The translations under genes and the position numbers were made by a program. From Tubulanus polymorphus (lineage: Eukaryota; Animalia; Nemertea): DNA of 64,000 nt. Of the stretch, positions 51,099 to 64,000 are shown piece after piece. The stretch is from NCBI RefSeq assembly GCF_964204645.1, contig NC_134031.1:2170001-2234000 (forward strand). The letters run 5' to 3'. The notes under the pieces were generated by a model that did no database searches, was not told where the DNA came from, and was given only the letters and a program-made list of their open reading frames with translations. Positions within the stretch are counted from its first letter, which is position 1; each line of letters begins with the position of its first letter.

Positions 51099-51989
51099 CT
51101 GGTGATGAAGTTTTAGTCAAAACTATCGGAATGAATAGTTAAATCAGATATCATCATCCGCGGGTTTTCGCTCGGTTGATAGTCATCTTCAGGAATGCTG
51201 AAAAAACCACTTGTTTATTTCGTCGTAACAGGGACGTAGTGTTTCATCGATGGTTAACTTCATCGGTGTAAGTAATGATTAGCTTGTTGTATTGTTAATC
51301 TTTTGTTGTCTTGTAAATCTGTGGAGACCTTGCACGAGGAATCTATATCGATACATCATTGTTCGCGATAGAAATGACATTTTCACGGTCTCTCATTCTA
51401 TTGTCATCCGACGGACAGCGGATAAGAAATTACCGTAATTTCCGTTGTTTTATCGAACGACCCCGAGTTCGTATATCGCCGGAACACGTGACGCGTGAAT
51501 TTCTCGTCAACTGTAGTTGTGTTAATCATCTCAGAAAACGTTTTTAGCTTCGCACGTGACTCGAGTTCCCGTCATTTTGTGTTATCAAGGTTCCTACGAT
51601 TCCTTGATTCTCTAAAAACCAACAGAAAATGTTTTTAAAGGAGCTTGATTCACCTTTAAATTGAGGAAAATGTTAGAAACTCATTCGAAACTCCTTCAAT
51701 TTTGAGAAATTCAGATAGACCGTCAGAAACTTATATCTAGATTTTAGTTGTTCAGTAGACTTCACCTAAACCAGTTGGGACTTGGATTTTTTGAACCAAG
51801 TCAGGCAGTTACCGATTTTGAAACCGAATTTACATAGAGTAAAATATAAAAATCTGTTTACAAAATCACTGAACTAACGGTTTACTGAAACAGGAGCAGT
51901 CTATTGTAATTGGGAAATGAAAGTAATGCAGATGCTTCCTCGGAATTTGAATTTCGTTACTTCTATTTGGACGCTTTTCCAAGATTTAT

Positions 51990-52225
51990 ATAGTTTTGAA
52001 AATGGCTCATAGAATTGAGTCTAATTGTCAGTAATCTCTTAGTTTTGAAAATGACTCATAGAATTGAGTCTTATTGTCGGTAATCTCTAAGTTTTGGGAA
52101 TGGCTTATAGAATTGAGAATTCAAATGTCTCGAGGCCCTACTCTCTTAGTTTTGAAACTGGCTCATAGAGTTGAGTCTAAACGTCACTACTCTCTTTTTT
52201 GAATATGGCTCATAGAAATGAGAAA
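51990..52225. repeat. Degenerate ~50-bp tandem repeat
   Basis: Recurring TAGTTTTGAAAATGGCTCATAGAATTGAG, about 5 copies. Confidence 0.75.
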
Positions 52226-53381
52226 ACGCGTCACTACTGGCAGAGTTTTCCTTTGTAATAGTGAGTTTTTCATCTATTGATAATGTAGATCTGATATCTC
52301 TTGAAGATTTTATCGAAATCCCTTCGTAATTTTTCTTGTAATGTCGAGCAAACTTTCAAAAATGTTGATTATCCCGCGTGGACATTAGTATAGGCCTATA
52401 GTCTGTCTAGTGTTGCCATCTACTGAGAATGTTCAGAATTAGAATCTATAATAATATATTCGATAATACCGCAGCTGCGCCCAGGATGTCGGACGTCTTT
52501 CAGGAGTCATATTTTCTTTCATAATACGCATTGTTCGAACTCGTGATATTGAGGAATAAAAAAAAGAACAGAAATCAATAGCGATGAAAAAACATGCAGG
52601 AGATCTGCTCACGATTATATATATATATATATATTGCTTACATACTTTTTAAACTCGCCTTTGATTTTCATACCAGTTTTTAAAATGTTTTTGTAAATAT
52701 GAAGAAAAAGATTTATGAAAAAAAATGATGCAATTTATGTCGTGATTATTTCCAAGAATGAAATCATCGATATACGCCAGTTCTCGACGAGTATCTGTCC
52801 CTTTACGGTTGAAGGCTTCGATCTTCCCTGTTCTATAGGTCTCGGGCCTATGTTCTATAGGTTTTTCGTGATTTTAAAAAAGCCTCTTAAGCTAAACAAC
52901 GCAAAGGCCCCTCCGGGATCATATTCGATTAAACATCCAAGAAGATTTATAGGCTAGTAAGCTTTTCGTTTGTATTTTAATCCCGTTTAAGAGGATTTCA
53001 AACGTTTCAGGGCTGGGGGGTGCCATGCGTCAATCTTTGCGGGATTATAATAACTCCTTCAACTGTTTATTATTGTTATCGGTATTATGAATCTACGCCG
53101 TTCACAATAGACCCATAGAAACAACAGCTGCAGTTAGACAGATTATCGCCTATACATGCCCCACAATTGCCTATATACGACCCACAATACACCGCGATGA
53201 TTATAACGTCAGTCGACGATACTGTCAACGCGCCGGAGTTGGCAAGATGGCCGCTCGCTGGGACGTACTAGCTAGGATTAATCGACTGTGAATATGCCTA
53301 TGGATTATACCCAGCGCGGATTCTACGGGCCTCGATCATCGGTTTGACTCCCGCGCGGTCCGGCGACGCGACGACGACGCG

Positions 53382-53469
53382 ATGAAGAAACGTCGTTTGC
53401 TTCTACCTTTCATCTTTGTCTATATTCTATCAGTTTGTCAGTCGCGAGCTTTACTCGGCGTTGCAGCAG
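53382..53469 (+). CDS. Signal-peptide-encoding first exon (alternative start of the NPDC1-like gene, or a new gene)
   Basis: MKKRRLLLPFIFVYILSVCQSRALLGVAA + phase-1 donor CAG|GTTAGT; preceded by a CpG-rich promoter-like stretch with AAGATGGCCGC at ~53245. Confidence 0.6.
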
Positions 53470-53985
53470 GTTAGTCTAGATATACATACATACATTCATA
53501 GCATTGAAAACATCTGTTGTATTTATCATTTCCGATCTGTACCTCATACATCTATATATCATAAATACATATATTCATTGCTCTTAATGGTTTCGTAAAC
53601 ACTTGATACTAATTTCAAGAGCAATTCGACGACCGGGACCCGAAATGCTCAAAAGTTGGTTACGGAGTTAATCGGTCGATAAATGTCATTTTGACTATTG
53701 AGATTGTTACCACGACGTTCGTCGGTAAGCAGATAAATATTGAATTTCTAACCAGATTTCCAGCGACCGGACCCCGGGATCAATAGTTAAAATCACAGGG
53801 TTCCTACAAAACCTTGATAACTAAACGGAAAATGTTTTTTTTTAAATGATTGGAATTCCATTAATTTGAAATGAAATGCCAAAAAACTCCTTTGAAACTC
53901 TTTTTGTTTGAAGAAATCAGCAAGTAGAAATATTTGTAGGAAGAACAGTGAAAAACTACTTCTAAATCAGTAGAGTTGGGGCCAG

Positions 53986-54128
53986 GCGCCAGTTGAACAG
54001 TTGTGACTTAAGTCCAAAAGTGGTCTTAAATGTTAAGATTGGTCTAAAGTTGTTAGATTGGCTATAGAACTAAGTTGGTATTAGACTGGTCCTAGGCTAT
54101 GTTTAATCCATGACTGTGCAACTGGCCC
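53986..54128. mobile_element. Harbinger-like MITE (family A), reverse copy
   Basis: Reverse complement of 1901-2025 / 9404-9541. Confidence 0.7.
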
Positions 54129-55245
54129 CGGGATTTGTGTTTAACCCAATTGGGCAGTTATCAAAATAGAAACCAGGTATAATGGTTTATAGGATAAAGA
54201 TATGCTTACAAAAACCGACGAATTAATGGTTCCGAGATAAACAGTAGGAGTCGACAGTAATTGGAATTGAAAGTGATGCGGACACTTCCTCGAAATTTTT
54301 GAAGTTTTCTCTTTTAAAACACCTTGAAAACTCGTTATATCCAGGAATGGCCGATCTGTAGCGAGCCTGAATTAATTCATTTTCAATTGTTTCCTTTCGT
54401 CGCGAGTCAGATTTTAACATGTTGACGATCTCTCAATATTGAAATAGTCTCGTGTATTATATACTTGTATTGTTCAAGAGTTTACCTTGATATTATATTA
54501 ATGGGCCAAATATTACAACATTTCTAGTTCGGTTGAACGTGTATCGTAAAGAATGTGTTTAACTTATTAAAGAATAGGCTTTTAGGACCTTTTATAGGCT
54601 ATCAGTGCAGCCAACATGGAAAGTCATACAACGCTTAGTTATAAGATTTTGATCTTGAAATAGGAAATTGTCTTGTCCATTCAGTTAATTGATATGATTT
54701 CTTGTGTGTCCCTTATAAACCAAAACACGTCGACATGTCAAAAGTATGTTAATTCAGTATGTCTTCCGACATTGGAATCCGTTGAAATCAGTCTTCTGAC
54801 GAGTAGTAGGCCCTCCAAACTGGAGGATTTAGTTTTCGATTCCTTTACGGGAGAATTGGAAGCCTTAAACCCCGGGGGTTTAAACACAAGCTGAAAATCG
54901 GGTTAGTATCCATTGGTTACATACAGCAAACACATTTCAAAGAAGAAACCTTGAAACAGGAAGACCAATTGTCATGGGTTGGTGAGGAGACCAAATCGAG
55001 AAGATTGAATGTCAGAAGACTAAATGTCAGAGGACTGAATGGGTGGATTTTGTTGATAGTATATTAAGTGTTGGTATTTCAGTTGAAATTTCAATCTGTT
55101 TGTATCTAGTTTTAATACGGTGGGAGGATGGAGGAGGAAGGAGGAGGGAGGAGGAGGGTGTGTATATATTTGACTAATGATAGATTAACGCTTTTTCATG
55201 GAAACATATGTTATTCACCATATATGTATATATAGAGCAGGCACC

Positions 55246-55476
55246 CAGTCAGGCAGGCGTGTGCTGGGTATCCGCAGTCAGGCAGGGGTGTGCTGGGTAT
55301 CCGCAGTCAGGCAGGCGTGTGCTGGGTATCTGCAGTCAGGCAGGCGTGTACTGGGTATCCGCAGTCAGGCAGGTGTGTGCTGGGTATCCGCAGTCAGGCA
55401 GGCGTGTGCTGGGTATCCGCAGTCAGACAGGCGTGTGCTGGGTATCCGCAGTCAGGCAGGCGTGTGCTGGGTATCT
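55246..55476. repeat. 29-bp minisatellite, ~8 copies
   Basis: Unit CAGTCAGGCAGGCGTGTGCTGGGTATCCG. Confidence 0.92.
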
Positions 55477-56007
55477 GTATCTGTATATGTATTATATTTT
55501 CACCAGTATAAACCTGTAAATTAATCATATTTCTCTTGAAATCGATTCTGTCATCGCCGTTTCACGGAAACGTTAATGACGAGAGCGGACAAAAATCTAA
55601 CGCAGCACACGCGCACCCGCATTGTTTCAGAATTTTCTTATCGTAATAATCGAGTTGTTTCATAAAATCATGCCATGTATAGGAGGTATCAATGTATTTA
55701 AACATTATTGTAATGGTTTTTAGCGTCAACGAATGTTAAAATTGAAAAAAGTCTATGGAGACTAGGCCTACGCGGAAACTTTGATAGAAATGTAAACTGG
55801 ATGAACCGATATAGTTGATTAACGATGATATATATGTTGCTAATAGTGATGAGAGGGTATGTGCCTCGTGGTTGATGAGAATTGGATATAAATTACACGG
55901 AATTGGATCTGATAATTTGTATGTGACCGACGCAAAGCGCTGAACGCTACTTGGCACGATTTATAATTACTAAAAGCCGTATGAATTCCGACCAAATAAT
56001 ATATACA

Positions 56008-56043
<36 letters not shown>

Positions 56044-56817
56044 CTTTCCCAATTACCAACGTGTAAATAACTGTCATGTTAATGCTGTCAAGCCGGCCTA
56101 TTATGAACGCTTAGGCCTAGTAGACACGATGAAATTTCAAGAATGATACATTCAGTAAATCTCGCCTAATTTGGACCAACCGGGACCGGAAAATTTGGTC
56201 CGAGGTATTATAGGGAAGTTTGAGTTAAGGATAGGAAAATGTATGTTAGGACAGAAAACTTATTTTGTTTTCTCCATGTTGGTTAAAAGTCAGAGTTAGC
56301 CATGTCCAGGTGAGGGGTAAGGGGAGGTTTACTGTAGACATTTATGTGGCAGATAACCTTTTCCACTGATGCCATTTCAATATAGGTACAAACATATTTC
56401 CTAATTTTAAGTCGAGAAGATATGCAATATCCGTGTAAGATGAATAGCAGAAAAATCCAAAAATAATTCAGCCAAAGTTATCAGTTTTTTTGATAAAAAA
56501 GTCCTGTAAAATTATAATGTATCAGTACACCTGGTGATAGCTATTAGTCCATTGCTGAAACATTGCTCAAATATATTCTATTTTACTCAAGAACTTTACG
56601 CATTTGGCTGAATTATTGTGAGATTTCTCTCTTAATTTATAATTTTTCGATGAATAAAACTTGTTACTTCTCGCTGCTGTTGAGCTAAGATAGTATCGAT
56701 GAAATTCCAGATTTTTGAAAATTTAATCGTTGGAACTTGAAGGTTTATAAAAAAGCACAATAATCTTTTATAATGATAATAATAATCAGTTATATCTGAT
56801 CATTTAAAGCGATTAAC

Positions 56818-56903
56818 CTAATCCGTATATCAGATAGACAGAATAGACTAATCTGTATATCAGATAGACAGAATAGACTAATCCGTATATCAGATAGACA
56901 GAT
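56818..56903. repeat. 30-bp tandem repeat, ~3 copies
   Basis: Unit CTAATCCGTATATCAGATAGACAGAATAGA. Confidence 0.85.
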
Positions 56904-59419
56904 TATTGTCATGGTCGAATTGTTACCTAGAAAATGACCCAAGTCAAACAAGGGTCATATATTTGTAGACTCGTTTGAACTGTTTGACTGAATATTCGTA
57001 AATTATGTACTGAGACATGTCAAAATTCACCCACCATAAAAATCATTATACCACAATAGTTATTCCAGTCACAAATCACTTATGTTCACATTTTTTACCT
57101 TGGCCAAACTTGGTCCATGGTGCTTGCCATGCCATAAGGGCCTAGCCTGTTTGACATGGTTCAAATTATTGTTGTGTGAATGCTTATTGGTTGTGTTCGG
57201 GAGTCGTCTCACTTGCCACAGCATTGTTACATGTGAACATGCTTTCTTATTGGGCACATGTCCCAACCCGTTCGATTCGGGCAAAATCATCTCCAAATGG
57301 TCGCTGTAATAAAGAAGATCCATTAGTTTTGCGGTGTTATCACGTCTAATGACACACAGTATTCTAAGCCCTTTAACCCCTATGCTATATTTTATTGCAT
57401 TCAAGATACAGCTGATCTGACAATTATACTGTGACATCGTACAACTCAGTCTATCAAAAAGCGCAGACAGATGATCTTTCCTCGGCAGAGTCTATTTCAT
57501 ATGTCAATAGACGGTGTTTGTTTTGCTAACACCGGACAAACATCGCGTGCGTTCCCTGAGCTGAGTTTAGCATGGAAGGAACAGTGGTATGAAATTGATT
57601 TCCATATATTGATAGATATGATGATGATCTGATATGTTCAGCTCTTTCTGTCATTGATACGGTATTAAATATAGATTGATGATAGATAGATATTGAACTG
57701 TTTACTCTGATGACCACCATTAGTAAGGGTGGATCTAGGATTCTTTGAAGGGATAGACCTGAAAATTGGAATTGGAAATTAGTTTGAATAGGGTAGATTT
57801 GGCAATGCGAGGGCTGTTAGCTTGAACATTGGTGGGGGTTTCTCGTGGCCTTCCTACAGTAAATCTAAGTCACAAAGGGGCTTTCCGGCTCTTATCATGG
57901 TCTATTTGGTTTCATTCTTTATCTTTGTAAAATTTTATTTGCAAAAAGATTCCAGGTTATTTGGGAGGCACATACAAATTAAGGAGGTAAGGGGCTGGAC
58001 CAGTCCACTACCCTAAACCCGCCCTTGAATAGTTTGAATAGACTAAGACTCTTGTTTGATGGGTCTCGTGTTAGGTTTCCAGGCGTATTCTGTACAAGAA
58101 GAGCCACAAGCCGTGCTAATAACGTCCTCAATGGCTGAAGGATGAAAAACTCTTCCAACCCCGAGAATACTTAGTAGAAAAAACCAATATCGCTGGAAAA
58201 TTGATCGATGTTCACACATCTCTATAGGGGTTCTGGGATACTGTACGTGTTAAAAAGTGGCAGGCAGCCCTGGCAAGCTGTTACATGTAGCGGATGTATG
58301 GATTTTTCCTGGTCGTCACACTCCTAGTACTGTGTTATATTGAGGCTACCCCAGCCAGCCGGTTATATATAGCCACGAACACACACAACGACCAACATAT
58401 GTCATTTCAATATCGAGTTTTCTATATTGATTTCTGATATGAGAAAAACATGAGGCAAATGACATTACTGGGTCATAGCTGATAATTTAGTTTGCGCGAT
58501 GAAAACATCACGAATTATGTCAACTTTTTTTTCTCGAATAATATCAACATTGTTTCCTGAATAGTAATATGGTTATAGTGATTCTGGTTCACTTGAGTGC
58601 GTAGAATAGTTACGCGAGATTCGCTCGAACGTTTAGAAATAAAAACCTTCGAAAGTCGGGAAGTAGTTTTTCGTGTAGATTTCTTCTTTTTTTTTGCTCT
58701 CAGATTTTCAAAAAATGAGAATCAGGAACCTGTTTTTAACAAAAATTTGGTACACAGCCACGTGGTGACATCTGTCAGAACGGATGTCGGTTTTGCTCGT
58801 GAAAGAGGATATTTTGTTCTTAGCGCTATAGTCTAAAGTGACCCTGTTCCTAACGGAGCTTTTAGCTTTGATATCCATAGAATTACAGCCCTATTTATTC
58901 AATACATCGCCTGGGTATAATATTAATAGCACTCACACCAATCGGTGTCTAAGCTTAGCATATTCATGAACAATGATGATTATTTGATGAAGTTGATATT
59001 ATTTGCTGGGCGTACGAGGTGTGAGAGAGCTTATATTTATATTTCATTAACTACCACTGCGGACTGCCAGCGTGCAGTCTGTCGATCGAATAAACTCTTT
59101 TCAAATATACTGCGTCATATCATCATCATCATCGGCGTGGTTGATTAGATTAAGGTCTCAAACGGCGCCGCGTGATGTCATTCTCATGTCGTCTCCGTCG
59201 AGACCGATTGACCATTTGAAATTCGATACGCATACTTCATATCAACAGTCGATTCATTCAATTCTAGTCTCATCTTAGCTTTCAATCAGTATCTTCTTCT
59301 CGGGAAACGAGATCCTCCATTGTCAGCGTCTCGCGGCAGAATCTGATTTCGCAGTTTGCCTTTGATTTTAGTGTCTGATCAAGAAAACACCGGAAAGAAT
59401 TGAATAAAACGCCTTCTAA

Positions 59420-59639
59420 GGCTAAACAAAAATGATACCTTGTTTCTCCGCAGCGGCCGGGTCATTTTTGTAAAATATGATAAAATTTGTAAACAGTTCA
59501 TTTCTATAGCGGCCGGGTCTGTTATGGTAAAATTGATCACGATTTAAAAAAAAGTAATGTATAGTGTAGATAGGCGGCCGGCCGGGTCAACATTTAAGCT
59601 CAGCAGAGCGGAGAAACAAGGTATCAATTTTTTTTAGCC
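59420..59639 (-). mobile_element. Family C MITE, copy 5
   Basis: Full-length copy, TAA target duplication. Confidence 0.85.
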
Positions 59640-61763
59640 TAATGAGAGATCAGACATTTCTTTTCATATTTTAGTACCCCAACAAAAAATGATGAATATA
59701 TATTTTTTTTTTGTAAATTACGCAGCCCATCAAGTATTTTGGCCCTTTTAACGAGAAATTTGACCCCCACCCCTTGCTAGATAACGGCTATGCCCGTGTC
59801 TATGTAATTTAAAAATGACAAATTCAAAGTTTCGATTGACGAAGCCCTGGCGTTCAACGAACAATGGGGGTTTAATATATAACCACATCATTGTTGCCGC
59901 AGCACCTAAACCAACCCTTCACGCAGTACTTGAACAATCATTACTAGCCGCGGAAATAATCGTCGTCGTAATTTCTGGTTTTAAAAAGACACAGCTCGCC
60001 GCGAGTTAAGAGCAATTTGTCTGGTAAATAATTCCTACCGCCCACTCAGCAGATCTGCCGTACCCGGAGGTACTCGTACAATACTAGTTTAGTTATTTTA
60101 GGTGTCATCCATTTGCATTAGTCATTGCTGGTGATCTGTAAAACTCTTCTGAAATGTGTAGTGGCATTCAAGTAAATACTAGGACCCTCTCTGAACCTTA
60201 CATTTGCCTAGTTATATATGTGTCTGATTGTAAAGGTTAGGCTTGTTCCTACAAACATTTCAATATAACAGACGTGCAATGTTTATGAATTTTTCGCCTT
60301 TTTCTAGAAGGAAATGAATATATCCAATATTAAAATCTATTTGAATTATTCAGTGTTTATTGTTGATAAGAGATTTAAAGAATGATTTTTTTTGGGGGGG
60401 GGGATTATGATGAAAACGTGAAGGAGGACTAAAAGAGAATAATGTTTTTGTAAAAATTCCAGGTAGTGAATGATAGTTAAAGTAATTTTTAAAATGGCTT
60501 TAGTCGTTAACACTTGTAGGGATTTTTTTCCTGACATTTATATTTGGGTGTCTGAAAATACTGAATTATTTCTCACATAATCTGGCCGCGTATATCGGAA
60601 TTTATGTTAAGCTAATAATGAGTGGGTGTCTGAAATACGCTGAATATCTGTGTCAACTTGATCAGGTCAATGATTTTGTTTCAAATAACACTAACTAGCG
60701 CCCAATCCCCTCTAAAAACTCATAGTATAATATGAAAGTTTCCAAAATACAATTGAATGCTTTACAGGGAAATAAAAGAGAGGGACAACAGGAAAAAGAG
60801 AGAGAGAGGGGCAGGGAAAGAGCGAAAAAAGAGAGAGCGGAGAAAGAGACAATTAATGAAGGAAAAGAGAGAGGGAAAGAGAGAAAAGAGAGAGGGGAAT
60901 GAATGACTTGGAAAATATTGACATAATTTGATTAAAAAGTGTTTACTTTAATCTATTTATTGAAGATTGAAGATTTGAAGATTAGAAGATTTTCTTGTAG
61001 ATGATTTTCAATGCTTTATCCGCACACATATTTCATTGTGGTTATTCAACTATTTACACGTAGTGTTATCAGAGATTCTATTGCATGATGTTTCACTGAT
61101 GATAACGACATTGTTTTAACTATTGAATCTGAAAACAGCTGGCGGATCAATAATATAGATCAATCATCAGATTCTCTGATTGTCCTCCTCGGTGGCTGTC
61201 ATCATCTGTTGGTATTGTGTGTGCGCGTTCGATTTTGCAATCGAAAAATCAAGAAACGTCCATTTTTGATGTCGCGATAGCGATGATGATTATTATTCTA
61301 GGAAAAAAAAATTGACAGTGTTCAATGTTAAGTGCTTTAGACATTCGCCTCGTAATTCGCCTGCAAACCAATTTTGGAGAAAGATTTATATATTTAGGTG
61401 AATAGACTGATTTACCGATTAGAATTACTGATCAAATGATACATAGTAACAAGATTCAAAGCCACTTAATACTAAGAAAACGAAATTTGTTAAACATAAA
61501 GAATTAAAATATACAACGTTTTGGGCGTCATCCTCAGGTCTGCATGTAATGAATTTTTTTTAAAGTTCACTTAATTTTTCTTTGGTAGAGAGTTCAAATA
61601 GTTGAAAATCCATAGAAGCAAAATCAGTACAAATCTCATTTTCTAATGAGTATATATGAGTGTATTTGTACTCATATATACTCATAAGAAAATGAGATTT
61701 GTACTGATTTTGTTTCTATGGATTCTCTTAATCCTATATATATGTTTGTATGTACGTACGTAC

Positions 61764-61810
<47 letters not shown>

Positions 61811-62559
61811 TGTGACTATTAATTATATATCTCTGGTTTGACCACCAGGCGGCAGCAGCAGCAGCCGCGTTCAAATCACAGCCATTAAACTCAATAATTC
61901 GCTTCGAAATTTAATTCTACGAAGATGGATTTCGACGAAGAGCTGCGTCTTATCGATCGAGCTGTTCGACCTTGACCTTGTCACCCGTAATTAATTCGAA
62001 GTATTAAAACCCGGGTAGATGTAGATCAGTTCTAGTTCATCCTATCGATATGTTTGTCTAAGTCTATTTTGAAGAGAGGGCTGGTATTTATTGTGTCGTG
62101 TAAATATACACGTTTGACGATAAGTACTCGACGCGCTCGAAACATTCGACCCCGAGGCGCTTCTAAATCTAGAATGAGCTTCGCACTAGATATGAAACCA
62201 TAAAAAAAGATACAATAAAGTATCGAGATTACAAGTTTTAAGTAGATATTAAAAAATTATCGCGCTTCGAATATTTTTCTTAAGAAGTCAATTTTAAGGT
62301 TTTAGGAACGATACATGCTAAAATTAGAGGCGAAAACTAGAAACGTCTTTTCACGCGTCATTCGGGAAGCCGCAACCGAGAATTATAACAACATTATAAA
62401 TTTCGCGTAGACATCATCGGCTGATATCAACGACGGTGACGTTTTAGGTAATCTATCTTCGTATTCATTTTCGTCTCGTTATTTCCGAGCCGAAACAGGT
62501 GATTAGCTTTTAATTGTCGTTACCGCGGCAACAAATAACAAATGCGCTTGTTGCTCGTA

Positions 62560-62891
62560 GCAGACGTATTTCTGAGTCGGGTTGACTGCAGACGTATTTC
62601 TGAGTCGGGTTGACTGCAGACGTATTTCTGAGTCGGGTTGACTGCAGACGTATTTCTGAGTCGGGTTGACTGCAGACGTTTTCTGAGTCCGGTTGACTGC
62701 AGACGTATTTCTGAGTCGGGTTGACTGCAGACGTTTTCTGAGTCCGGTTGACTGCAGACGTATTTCTGAGTCGGGTTGACTGCAGACGTATTTCTGAGTC
62801 GGGTTGACTGCAGACGTATTTCTGAGTCGGGTTGACTGCAGACGTATTTCTGAGTCGGGTTGACTGCAGACGTATTTCTGAGTCGGGTTGA
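62560..62891. repeat. 28-bp minisatellite, ~12 copies
   Basis: Unit GCAGACGTATTTCTGAGTCGGGTTGACT, with two 26-bp variants. Confidence 0.93.
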
Positions 62892-63020
62892 TTGTAGATC
62901 GGTTTCTCAGAATTACACGACAGTATTTCCTCGAAAATCCTGCGCAAGATGAACTACAACGTTGTCAATTTACGCTATTAATCAATTTACTCTAAAGGGA
63001 AAATTGATGAATTTCCTAGT

Positions 63021-63142
63021 ATCCACCTATTATCATTTTGCTGCTGAATTTATCCACCTATTATCATTTTGCTGCTGAATTTATCCACCTATTATCATTT
63101 TGCTGCTGAATTTATCCACCTGTTATCATTTTCCTGCTGAAT
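63021..63142. repeat. 31-bp tandem repeat, ~4 copies
   Basis: Unit ATCCACCTATTATCATTTTGCTGCTGAATTT. Confidence 0.9.
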
Positions 63143-63940
63143 TTCTTTTTCGCAATATTTTCAATGTTTTGATTTGAAATTGTTTTTAACGATCTCGCGA
63201 CCAGTTTGCCAAAGGGCCTCGTCCTCTTTTGCGATCTATTAGAACTGTGTTTGCATTGAGAGACTCAACCTCGGTCTGAGTACCTGTTATTCTACACACC
63301 TTCCATCCATCATAACATTACTAAGACCTCTTGTAAAGACTGTATATACTGTAGGAGTTTTAAGGAGGAACGCGGGCGGTTCGAGCTCATTTTTATTCTT
63401 TAGCCAACATTACTTTTAGTTCTATTGCATGTCTTAACAGTTTAAGACGGAAATAATTACTCCTTGATACTCCTTGATCATACCTGACAACCAACACCAA
63501 TCTTAAAATCTAAGCCCGTCTTTTACTTTCCCGGGATTAGCGGTAAAATGTTCATGTAATTGAATGAAAGACCAGTGAGGTTCTGATTAGACCAACATTA
63601 AAGCATTAATAGAAAATCCGTTCGGCACGCGGAAGCCCTGAATACAGGCGCGTTCACCTTTGACATTTGAAACAGTGTCGCGCAGTCGTAGGTTGTCGTT
63701 TGTCGCCGAGATGTGTTGGTTACTGATGATCGATACTGAAAGCAGCTCACATCTTTTACGATGCCCTGCGGGGATTTTATACCCAGCGAGAGCCGAGCGA
63801 GTACAGGGACCTATAAACCTGTATTGCTTTTATCTTAATCAGCTCAATACACGTTCAAAATTCTTCTCGTTATGAAAATTGATTTTCGCAGATCGAATTT
63901 CTGCCGCAGAATTTTTACATCCATGTTTACATTCACGGCG

Positions 63941-64000
63941 CTCTCTCTCTCTCTCTCTCTCCCTCTCTCTCCCTCCCTCCCTCCCTCCCTCCCTCCCTCT
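63941..64000. repeat. (CT)n/(CCCT)n microsatellite
   Basis: Seen directly. Confidence 0.95.

Noticed and set aside
55198-55524. Repetitive ORFs in three frames (also 62510-62947 and 42329-42607)
   Set aside because: Open frames arise from stop-free tandem repeat units; no splice or domain support.
58074-58145. Candidate downstream exon for the NPDC1-like gene
   Set aside because: Both nearby acceptors read in phase 1 hit stop codons within ~25 codons and show no NPDC1 similarity.
61510-61540. Possible fifth hammerhead on - (CTGAGGA-TGACGCCC-AAAACGTT)
   Set aside because: The GAAA is mutated and helices I and II are not supported.

Overview
Eukaryotic, AT-rich, intron-containing animal DNA. 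Gene content and repeat style suggest an invertebrate, possibly a lophotrochozoan (inference only). Gene models were built by hand from GT-AG splice sites and reading-frame phase. In order: (1) a PLP/DM20/M6 tetraspan proteolipid paralog on - that runs off the left edge; (2) a 2-coding-exon, ~673-aa DUF3987/YfjI-like AAA+ gene on + with degenerate Walker motifs, NLS and SUMO-type motifs; (3) a second, complete M6/PLP paralog on -; (4) ~12 kb of non-coding DNA; (5) a 5-exon hairy/E(spl) bHLH-Orange-WRPW gene with an unusually long C-terminal region; (6) an 18-exon EXD3/mut-7/Nibbler exonuclease on - with an N-terminal RG-repeat tract; (7) a divergently transcribed 4-EF-hand calmodulin-like gene; (8) the 5' part of an NPDC1/cab-1-like gene, followed by a second signal-peptide first exon. 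Non-coding DNA carries several MITE families (Harbinger-like with TWA or CWG flanks, piggyBac-like, Tc1/mariner-like, foldback) and minisatellites. It also carries a family of minimal type-I hammerhead ribozyme motifs in Penelope-like-element (PLE) remnants; two lie in HES introns with 13-bp target-site duplications. The most novel-looking items are the apparently domesticated DUF3987 pseudo-ATPase between two divergent proteolipid paralogs, the intronic hammerhead/PLE insertions and the RG-tailed mut-7.
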